NCBI GenBank assembly: GCA_032718475.1
Contig: JAUCBJ010006714.1
Span: 1 to 64,000, forward strand
Direction of reading: 5' to 3'
Origin: Nemertoderma westbladi
Lineage: Eukaryota > Animalia > Xenacoelomorpha
DNA: 64,000 nucleotides
Positions 49,901 to 61,900 of this stretch are shown piece by piece. The translations under genes and the position numbers were made by a program. Under the pieces are notes generated by a model. It did no database searches. It had not been told where the DNA came from and saw only the letters and a list, made by a program, of their open reading frames with translations. Each line of letters begins with the position of its first letter. Position 1 is the first letter of the stretch.

Positions 49901-52900
49901 ACAACGTCTACGCGTTTTAGTTTTAGCCACTAACCGTAATGTCACAACGTCTACGCGTTTTAGTTTTAGCCACTATCCGTAATGTAACAACGTCTACGCG
50001 TTTTAGTTTTAGCCACTATCCGTAATGTAACAACATCTACGCGTTTTAGTTTTAGCCACTATCCGTAATGTAACAACATCTACGCGTTTTAGTTTTAGCC
50101 ACTATCCGTAATGTCACAACGTCTACGCGTTTTAGTTTTAGCCACTATCCGTAATGTAACAACGTCTACGCGTTTTAGTTTTAGCCACTATCCGTAATGT
50201 AACAACATCTACGCGTTTTAGTTTTAGCCACTATCCGTAATGTAACAACGTCTACGCGTTTTAGTTTTAGCCACTATCCGTAATGTAACAACATCTACGC
50301 GTTTTAGTTTTAGCCACTATCCGTAATGTCACAACGTCTACGCGTTTTAGTTTTAGCCACTATCCGTAATGTAACAACGTCTACGCGTTTTAGTTTTAGC
50401 CACTATCCGTAATGTAACAACATCTACGCGTTTTAGTTTTAGCCACTATCCGTAATGTCACAACGTCTACGTGTTTTAGTTTTAGCCACTATCCGTAATG
50501 TAACAACGTCTACGCGTTTTAGTTTTAGCCACTATCCGTAATGTAACAACATCTACGCGTTTTAGTTTTAGCCACTATCCGTAATGTCACAACGTCTACG
50601 TGTTTTAGTTTTAGCCACTATCCGTAATGTAACAACGTCTACGCGTTTTAGTTTTAGCCACTATCCGTAATGTAACAACGTCTACGCGTTTTAGTTTTAG
50701 CCACTATCCGTAATGTAACAACATCTACGCGTTTTAGTTTTAGCCACTATCCGTAATGTCACAACGTCTACGTGTTTTAGTTTTAGCCACTATCCGTAAT
50801 GTAACAACGTCTACGCGTTTTAGTTTTAGCCACTATCCGTAATGTAACAACATCTACGCGTTTTAGTTTTAGCCACTATCCGTAATGTCACAACGTCTAC
50901 GTGTTTTAGTTTTAGCCACTATCCGTAATGTAACAACGTCTACGCGTTTTAGTTTTAGCCACTAACCGTAATGTAACAACATCTACGTGTTTTAGTTTTA
51001 GCCACTATCCGTAATGTAACAACGTCTACGCGTTTTAGTTTTAGCCACTATCCGTAATGTAACAACATCTACGCGTTTTAGTTTTAGCCACTATCCGTAA
51101 TGTCACAACGTCTACGCGTTTTAGTTTTAGCCACTATCCGTAATGTAACAACGTCTACGCGTTTTAGTTTTAGCTACCAACCGTAATGTCACGACGTCAA
51201 CGCCTTTTAGTTTTAGCCACTAACCGTAATGTCACGACGTCTACGCGTTTTAGTTTTAGCCACTATCCGTAATGTAACAACGTCTACGCGTTTTAGTTTT
51301 AGCCACTATCCGTAATGTAACAACGTCTACGCGTTTTAGTTTTAGCCACTATCCGTAATGTAACAACGTCTACGCGTTTTAGTTTTAGCCACTATCCGTA
51401 ATGTAACAACATCTACGCGTTTTAGTTTTAGCCACTATCCGTAATGTAACAACGTCTACGCGTTTTAGTTTTAGCCACTATCCGTAATGTAACAACGTCT
51501 ACGCGTTTTAGTTTTAGCCACTATCCGTAATGTCACAACGTCTACGCGTTTTAGTTTTAGCCACTATCCGTAATGTAACAACGTCTACGCGTTTTAGTTT
51601 TAGCCACTATCCGTAATGTCACAACGTTTACGCGTTTTAGTTTTAGCCACTATCCGTAATGTCACAACGTCTACGCGTTTTAGTTTTAGCCACTATCCGT
51701 AATGTAACAACGTCTACGCGTTTTAGTTTTAGCCACTATCCGTAATGTAACAACGTCTACGCGTTTTAGTTTTAGCCACTAACCGTAATGTCACAACGTC
51801 TACGCGTTTTAGTTTTAGCCACTATCCGTAATGTAACAACGTCTACGCGTTTTAGTTTTAGCCACTATCCGTAATGTAACAACGTCTACGCGTTTTAGTT
51901 TTAGCCACTATCCGTAATGTCACAACGTCTACGCGTTTTAGTTTTAGCCACTATCCGTAATGTAACAACGTCTACGCGTTTTAGTTTTAGCCACTATCCG
52001 TAATGTAACAACGTCTACGCGTTTTAGTTTTAGCCACTATCCGTAATGTAACAACGTCTACGCGTTTTAGTTTTAGCTACCAACCGTAATGTCACGACGT
52101 CAACGCCTTTTAGTTTTAGCCACTAACCGTAATGTCACGACGTCTACGCGTTTTAGTTTTAGCCACTAACCGTAATGTCACAACGTCTACGCGTTTTAGT
52201 TTTAGCCACTATCCGTAATGTAACAACGTCTACGCGTTTTAGTTTTAGCCACTATCCGTAATGTAACAACGTCTACGCGTTTTAGTTTTAGCCACTATCC
52301 GTAATGTAACAACGTCTACGCGTTTTAGTTTTAGCCACTATCCGTAATGTAACAACGTCTACGCGTTTTAGTTTTAGCCACTATCCGTAATGTAACAACG
52401 TCTACGCGTTTTAGTTTTAGCCACTATCCGTAATGTAACAACGTCTACGCGTTTTAGTTTTAGCTACCAACCGTAATGTCACGACGTCAACGCCTTTTAG
52501 TTTTAGCCACTAACCGTAATGTCACGACGTCTACGCGTTTTAGTTTTAGCCACTAACCGTAATGTCACAACGTCTACGCGTTTTAGTTTTAGCCACTATC
52601 CGTAATGTAACAACGTCTACGCGTTTTAGTTTTAGCCACTATCCGTAATGTAACAACGTCTACGCGTTTTAGTTTTAGCTACCAACCGTAATGTCACGAC
52701 GTCAACGCCTTTTAGTTTTAGCCACTAACCGTAATGTCACGACGTCTACGCGTTTTAGTTTTAGCCACTAACCGTAATGTCACAACGTCTACGCGTTTTA
52801 GTTTTAGCCACTATCCGTAATGTAACAACGTCTACGCGTTTTAGTTTTAGCCACTATCCGTAATGTAACAACGTCTACGCGTTTTAGTTTTAGCCACTAT

Positions 52901-55900
52901 CCGTAATGTCACAACGTCTACGCGTTTTAGTTTTAGCCACTATCCGTAATGTAACAACGTCTACGCGTTTTAGTTTTAGCCACTATCCGTAATGTAACAA
53001 CGTCTACGCGTTTTAGTTTTAGCCACTATCCGTAATGTAACAACGTCTACGCGTTTTAGTTTTAGCTACCAACCGTAATGTCACAACGTCAACGCCTTTT
53101 AGTTTTAGCCACTAACCGTAATGTCACGACGTCTACGCGTTTTAGTTTTAGCCACTATCCGTAATGTAACAACGTCTACGCGTTTTAGTTTTAGCCACTA
53201 TCCGTAATGTAACAACGTCTACGCGTTTTAGTTTTAGCCACTATCCGTAATGTAACAACGTCTACGCGTTTTAGTTTTAGCCACTATCCGTAATGTAACA
53301 ACATCTACGCGTTTTAGTTTTAGCCACTATCCGTAATGTAACAACGTCTACGCGTTTTAGTTTTAGCTACCAACCGTAATGTCACGACGTCAACGCCTTT
53401 TAGTTTTAGCCACTAACCGTAATGTCACGACGTCTACGCGTTTTAGTTTTAGCCACTAACCGTAATGTAACAACGTCTACGCGTTTTAGTTTTAGCCACT
53501 ATCCGTAATGTAACAACGTCTACGCGTTTTAGTTTTAGCCACTATCCGTAATGTAACAACATCTACGCGTTTTAGTTTTAGCTACCAACCGTAATGTCAC
53601 GACGTCAACGCCTTTTAGTTTTAGCCACTAACCGTAATGTCACGACGTCTACGCGTTTTAGTTTTAGCCACTAACCGTAATGTAACAACGTCTACGCGTT
53701 TTAGTTTTAGCCACTATCCGTAATGTAACAACGTCTACGCGTTTTAGTTTTAGCCACTATCCGTAATGTCACAACGTCTACGCGTTTTAGTTTTAGCCAC
53801 TATCCGTAATGTCACAACGTCTACGCGTTTTAGTTTTAGCCACTATCCGTAATGTAACAACGTCTACGCGTTTTAGTTTTAGCTACCAACCGTAATGTCA
53901 CGACGTCAACGCCTTTTAGTTTTAGCCACTAACCGTAATGTCACGACGTCTACGCGTTTTAGTTTTAGCCACTAACCGTAATGTAACAACGTCTACGCGT
54001 TTTAGTTTTAGCCACTATCCGTAATGTAACAACGTCTACGCGTTTTAGTTTTAGCCACTATCCGTAATGTAACAACGTCTACGCGTTTTAGTTTTAGCCA
54101 CTAACCGTAATGTCACGACGTCTACGCGTTTTAGTTTTAGCCACTAACCGTAATGTCACGACGTCTACGCGTTTTAGTTTTAGCCACTATCCGTAATGTA
54201 ACAACGTCTACGCGTTTTAGTTTTAGCCACTATCCGTAATGTAACAACGTCTACGCGTTTTAGTTTTAGCCACTATCCGTAATGTAACAACATCTACGCG
54301 TTTTAGTTTTAGCCACTATCCGTAATGTCACAACGTCTACGCGTTTTAGTTTTAGCCACTATCCGTAATGTAACAACGTCTACGCGTTTTAGTTTTAGCT
54401 ACCAACCGTAATGTCACGACGTCAACGCCTTTTAGTTTTAGCCACTAACCGTAATGTCACGACGTCTACGCGTTTTAGTTTTAGCCACTAACCGTAATGT
54501 AACAACGTCTACGCGTTTTAGTTTTAGCCACTATCCGTAATGTAACAACGTCTACGCGTTTTAGTTTTAGCCACTATCCGTAATGTAACAACATCTACGC
54601 GTTTTAGTTTTAGCCACTATCCGTAATGTCACGACGTCTACGCGTTTTAGTTTTAGCCACTAACCGTAATGTCACAACGTCTACGCGTTTTAGTTTTAGC
54701 CACTATCCGTAATGTAACAACGTCTACGCGTTTTAGTTTTAGCCACTATCCGTAATGTAACAACGTCTACGCGTTTTAGTTTTAGCCACTAACCGTAATG
54801 TCACAACATCTACGCGTTTTAGTTTTAGCCACTATCCGTAATGTCACAACATCTACGCGTTTTAGTTTTAGCCACTATCCGTAATGTCACAACATCTACG
54901 CGTTTTAGTTTTAGCCACTATCCGTAATGTCACAACATCTACGCGTTTTAGTTTTAGCCACTAACCGTAATGTCACAACGTCTACGCGTTTTAGTTTTAG
55001 CCACTAACCGTAATGTCACAACATCTACGCGTTTTAGTTTTAGCCACTATCCGTAATGTAACAACGTCTACGCGTTTTAGTTTTAGCCACTAACCGTAAT
55101 GTCACAACATCTACGCGTTTTAGTTTTAGCTACCAACCGTAATGTCACAACGTCTACGCGTTTTAGTTTTAGCCACTAACCGTAATGTCACAACATCTAC
55201 GCGTTTTAGTTTTAGCCACTATCCGTAATGTAACAACGTCTACGCGTTTTAGTTTTAGCCACTAACCGTAATGTCACAACATCTACGCGTTTTAGTTTTA
55301 GCCACTATCCGTAATGTCACAACATCTACGCGTTTTAGTTTTAGCCACTATCCGTAATGTCACAACATCTACGCGTTTTAGTTTTAGCCACTAACCGTAA
55401 TGTCACAACGTCTACGCGTTTTAGTTTTAGCCACTAACCGTAATGTCACAACATCTACGCGTTTTAGTTTTAGCCACTATCCGTAATGTAACAACGTCTA
55501 CGCGTTTTAGTTTTAGCCACTAACCGTAATGTAACAACGTCTACGCGTTTTAGTTTTAGCCACTATCCGTAATGTAACAACGTCTACGCGTTTTAGTTTT
55601 AGCCACTATCCGTAATGTAACAACGTCTACGCGTTTTAGTTTTAGCCACTAACCGTAATGTCACAACATCTACGCGTTTTAGTTTTAGCTACCAACCGTA
55701 ATGTCACGACGTCAACGCCTTTTAGTTTTAGCCACTATCCGTAATGTAACAACGTCTACGCGTTTTAGTTTTAGCCACTATCCGTAATGTAACAACGTCT
55801 ACGCGTTTTAGTTTTAGCTACCAACCGTAATGTCACGACGTCAACGCCTTTTAGTTTTAGCCACTATCCGTAATGTCACAACGTCTACGCGTTTTAGTTT

Positions 55901-58900
55901 TAGCCACTATCCGTAATGTAACAACGTCTACGCGTTTTAGTTTTAGCCACTATCCGTAATGTAACAACGTCTACGCGTTTTAGTTTTAGCCACTATCCGT
56001 AATGTAACAACGTCTACGCGTTTTAGTTTTAGCCACTATCCGTAATGTAACAACATCTACGCGTTTTAGTTTTAGCCACTATCCGTAATGTCACGACGTC
56101 TACGCGTTTTAGTTTTAGCCACTAACCGTAATGTCACAACGTCTACGCGTTTTAGTTTTAGCCACTATCCGTAATGTAACAACGTCTACGCGTTTTAGTT
56201 TTAGCCACTATCCGTAATGTAACAACATCTACGCGTTTTAGTTTTAGCTACCAACCGTAATGTCACAACGTCTACGCGTTTTAGTTTTAGCCACTATCCG
56301 TAATGTAACAACGTCTACGCGTTTTAGTTTTAGCCACTAACCGTAATGTCACAACATCTACGCGTTTTAGTTTTAGCCACTATCCGTAATGTCACAACAT
56401 CTACGCGTTTTAGTTTTAGCCACTAACCGTAATGTCACAACGTCTACGCGTTTTAGTTTTAGCCACTAACCGTAATGTCACAACATCTACGCGTTTTAGT
56501 TTTAGCCACTATCCGTAATGTAACAACGTCTACGCGTTTTAGTTTTAGCCACTAACCGTAATGTCACAACATCTACGCGTTTTAGTTTTAGCCACTATCC
56601 GTAATGTAACAACGTCTACGCGTTTTAGTTTTAGCCACTAACCGTAATGTCACGACGTCTACGCGTTTTAGTTTTAGCCACCAACCGTAATGTAACAACG
56701 TCTACGCGTTTTAGTTTTAGCCACTATCCGTAATGTAACAACATCTACGCGTTTTAGTTTTAGCTACCAACCGTAATGTCACGACGTCAACGCCTTTTAG
56801 TTTTAGCCACTAACCGTAATGTCACAACATCTACGCGTTTTAGTTTTAGCCACTAACCGTAATGTCACAACATCTACGCGTTTTAGTTTTAGCTACCAAC
56901 CGTAATGTCACGACGTCAACGCCTTTTAGTTTTAGCCACTAACCGTAATGTCACAACATCTACGCGTTTTAGTTTTAGCCACTAACCGTAATGTAACAAC
57001 GTCTACGCGTTTTAGTTTTAGCCACTATCCGTAATGTAACAACGTCTACGCGTTTTAGTTTTAGCCACTATCCGTAATGTAACAACATCTACGCGTTTTA
57101 GTTTTAGCTACCAACCGTAATGTCACGACGTCAACGCCTTTTAGTTTTAGCCACTAACCGTAATGTCACAACATCTACGCGTTTTAGTTTTAGCCACTAA
57201 CCGTAATGTCACAACATCTACGCGTTTTAGTTTTAGCTACCAACCGTAATGTCACAACGTCTACGCGTTTTAGTTTTAGCCACTATCCGTAATGTAACAA
57301 CGTCTACGCGTTTTAGTTTTAGCCACTAACCGTAATGTCACAACATCTACGCGTTTTAGTTTTAGCCACTATCCGTAATGTAACAACATCTACGCGTTTT
57401 AGTTTTAGCCACTAACCGTAATGTCACAACGTCTACGCGTTTTAGTTTTAGCCACTATCCGTAATGTAACAACGTCTACGCGTTTTAGTTTTAGCCACTA
57501 ACCGTAATGTCACAACGTCTACGCGTTTTAGTTTTAGCCACTAACCGTAATGTCACGACGTCTACGCGTTTTAGTTTTAGCCACTATCCGTAATGTCACA
57601 ACGTCTACGCGTTTTAGTTTTAGCCACTAACCGTAATGTCACGACGTCAACGCCTTTTAGTTTTAGCCACTATCCGTAATGTCACAACGTCTACGCGTTT
57701 TAGTTTTAGCCACTAACCGTAATGTCACAACGTCTACGCGTTTTAGTTTTAGCCACTATCCGTAATGTAACAACGTCTACGCGTTTTAGTTTTAGCCACT
57801 ATCCGTAATGTAACAACGTCTACGCGTTTTAGTTTTAGCCACTATCCGTAATGTCACAACGTCTACGCGTTTTAGTTTTAGCCACTATCCGTAATGTAAC
57901 AACGTCTACGCGTTTTAGTTTTAGCCACTATCCGTAATGTAACAACGTCTACGCGTTTTAGTTTTAGCCACTATCCGTAATGTAACAACGTCTACGCGTT
58001 TTAGTTTTAGCCACTATCCGTAATGTAACAACGTCTACGCGTTTTAGTTTTAGCCACTATCCGTAATGTAACAACGTCTACGCGTTTTAGTTTTAGCCAC
58101 TAACCGTAATGTCACAACGTCTACGCGTTTTAGTTTTAGCCACTAACCGTAATGTAACAACGTCTACGCGTTTTAGTTTTAGCCACTAACCGTAATGTAA
58201 CAACGTCTACGCGTTTTAGTTTTAGCCACTATCCGTAATGTCACAACGTCTACGCGTTTTAGTTTTAGCCACTATCCGTAATGTCACAACGTCTACGCGT
58301 TTTAGTTTTAGCCACTATCCGTAATGTAACAACGTCTACGCGTTTTAGTTTTAGCCACTATCCGTAATGTAACAACGTCTACGCGTTTTAGTTTTAGCCA
58401 CTATCCGTAATGTAACAACGTCTACGCGTTTTAGTTTTAGCCACTAACCGTAATGTAACAACGTCTACGCGTTTTAGTTTTAGCCACTAACCGTAATGTA
58501 ACAACGTCTACGCGTTTTAGTTTTAGCCACTATCCGTAATGTCACAACGTCTACGCGTTTTAGTTTTAGCCACTATCCGTAATGTCACAACGTCTACGCG
58601 TTTTAGTTTTAGCCACTATCCGTAATGTAACAACGTCTACGCGTTTTAGTTTTAGCCACTATCCGTAATGTAACAACGTCTACGCGTTTTAGTTTTAGCC
58701 ACTATCCGTAATGTCACAACGTCTACGCGTTTTAGTTTTAGCCACTAACCGTAATGTCACAACGTCTACGCGTTTTAGTTTTAGCCACTATCCGTAATGT
58801 AACAACGTCTACGCGTTTTAGTTTTAGCCACTAACCGTAATGTCACAACGTCTACGCGTTTTAGTTTTAGCCACTAACCGTAATGTCACAACGTCTACGC

Positions 58901-61900
58901 GTTTTAGTTTTAGCCACTATCCGTAATGTAACAACATCTACGCGTTTTAGTTTTAGCCACCAACCGTAATGTAACAACGTCTACGCGTTTTAGTTTTAGC
59001 CACTATCCGTAATGTAACAACGTCTACGCGTTTTAGTTTTAGCCACTATCCGTAATGTAACAACATCTACGCGTTTTAGTTTTAGCCACTATCCGTAATG
59101 TAACAACATCTACGCGTTTTAGTTTTAGCCACTATCCGTAATGTAACAACGTCTACGCGTTTTAGTTTTAGCCACTATCCGTAATGTAACAACGTCTACG
59201 CGTTTTAGTTTTAGCCACTATCCGTAATGTAACAACATCTACGCGTTTTAGTTTTAGCCACTAACCGTAATGTCACAACATCTACGCGTTTTAGTTTTAG
59301 CCACTAACCGTAATGTCACAACGTCTACGCGTTTTAGTTTTAGCCACTATCCGTAATGTAACAACATCTACGCGTTTTAGTTTTAGCCACTATCCGTAAT
59401 GTCACAACGTCTACGCGTTTTAGTTTTAGCCACTATCCGTAATGTCACAACGTCTACGCGTTTTAGTTTTAGCCACTATCCGTAATGTAACAACGTCTAC
59501 GCGTTTTAGTTTTAGCTACCAACCGTAATGTCACAACGTCTACGCGTTTTAGTTTTAGCCACTATCCGTAATGTAACAACATCTACGCGTTTTAGTTTTA
59601 GCTACCAACCGTAATGTAACAACGTCTACGCGTTTTAGTTTTAGCCACTATCCGTAATGTAACAACATCTACGCGTTTTAGTTTTAGCCACTAACCGTAA
59701 TGTCACAACGTCTACGCGTTTTAGTTTTAGCCACTAACCGTAATGTAACAACATCTACGCGTTTTAGTTTTAGCCACTATCCGTAATGTCACAACGTCTA
59801 CGCGTTTTAGTTTTAGCCACTATCCGTAATGTAACAACATCTACGCGTTTTAGTTTTAGCCACTAACCGTAATGTCACGACGTCTACGCGTTTTAGTTTT
59901 AGCCACTATCCGTAATGTCACAACGTTTACGCGTTTTAGTTTTAGCCACTAACCGTAATGTCCCAACGTCTACGCGTTTTAGTTTTAGCCACTATCCGTA
60001 ATGTCCCAACGTCTACGCGTTTTAGTTTTAGCCACTAACCGTAATGTCACAACGTCTACGCGTTTTAGTTTTAGCCACTAACCGTAATGTCACGACGTCT
60101 ACGCGTTTTAGTTTTAGCCACTATCCGTAATGTAACAACGTCTACGCGTTTTAGTTTTAGCCACTATCCGTAATGTAACAACATCTACGCGTTTTAGTTT
60201 TAGCCACTAACCGTAATGTCACAACGTCTACGCGTTTTAGTTTTAGCCACTAACCGTAATGTCACAACGTCTACGCGTTTTAGTTTTAGCCACTAACCGT
60301 AATGTCACAATGTCTACGCGTTTTAGTTTTAGCCACTAACCGTAATGTCACAACGTCTACGCGTTTTAGTTTTAGCCACTATCCGTAATGTAACAACGTC
60401 TACGCGTTTTAGTTTTAGCCACTAACCGTAATGTCACAACGTCTACGTGTTTTAGTTTTAGCCACTATCCGTAATGTAACAACATCTACGCGTTTTAGTT
60501 TTAGCCACTAACCGTAATGTAACAACGTCTACGCGTTTTAGTTTTAGCCACTAACCGTAATGTCACGACGTCTACGCGTTTTAGTTTTAGCCACTAACCG
60601 TAATGTCACAATGTCTACGCGTTTTAGTTTTAGCCACTAACCGTAATGTCACGACGTCTACGCGTTTTAGTTTTAGCCACTAACCGTAATGTCACAATGT
60701 CTACGCGTTTTAGTTTTAGCCACTAACCGTAATGTCACGACGTCTACGCGTTTTAGTTTTAGCCACTATCCGTAATGTAACAACATCTACGCGTTTTAGT
60801 TTTAGCCACTAACCGTAATGTCACGACGTCTACGCGTTTTAGTTTTAGCCACTAACCGTAATGTCACAATGTCTACGCGTTTTAGTTTTAGCCACTAACC
60901 GTAATGTCACGACGTCTACGCGTTTTAGTTTTAGCCACTATCCGTAATGTAACAACATCTACGCGTTTTAGTTTTAGCCACTAACCGTAATGTCACGACG
61001 TCTACGCGTTTTAGTTTTAGCCACTAACCGTAATGTCACAATGTCTACGCGTTTTAGTTTTAGCCACTATCCGTAATGTAACAACATCTACGCGTTTTAG
61101 TTTTAGCCACTAACCGTAATGTCACGACGTCTACGCGTTTTAGTTTTAGCCACTAACCGTAATGTCACAATGTCTACGCGTTTTAGTTTTAGCCACTAAC
61201 CGTAATGTCACGACGTCTACGCGTTTTAGTTTTAGCCACTATCCGTAATGTAACAACATCTACGCGTTTTAGTTTTAGCCACTATCCGTAATGTAACAAT
61301 GTCTACGCGTTTTAGTTTTAGCCACTAACCGTAATGTCACGACGTCTACGCGTTTTAGTTTTAGCCACTATCCGTAATGTCACAACGTTTACGCGTTTTA
61401 GTTTTAGCCACTAACCGTAATGTCACGACGTCTACGCGTTTTAGTTTTAGCCACTATCCGTAATGTAACAACATCTACGCGTTTTAGTTTTAGCCACTAA
61501 CCGTAATGTCACGACGTTTACGCGTTTTAGTTTTAGCCACTATCCGTAATGTAACAATGTCTACGCGTTTTAGTTTTAGCCACTAACCGTAATGTCACGA
61601 CGTCTACGCGTTTTAGTTTTAGCCACTATCCGTAATGTCACAACGTTTACGCGTTTTAGTTTTAGCCACTAACCGTAATGTCACGACGTCTACGCGTTTT
61701 AGTTTTAGCCACTATCCGTAATGTAACAACATCTACGCGTTTTAGTTTTAGCCACTAACCGTAATGTCACGACGTCTACGCGTTTTAGTTTTAGCCACTA
61801 TCCGTAATGTAACAACATCTACGCGTTTTAGTTTTAGCCACTAACCGTAATGTCACGACGTCTACGCGTTTTAGTTTTAGCCACTATCCGTAATGTCCCA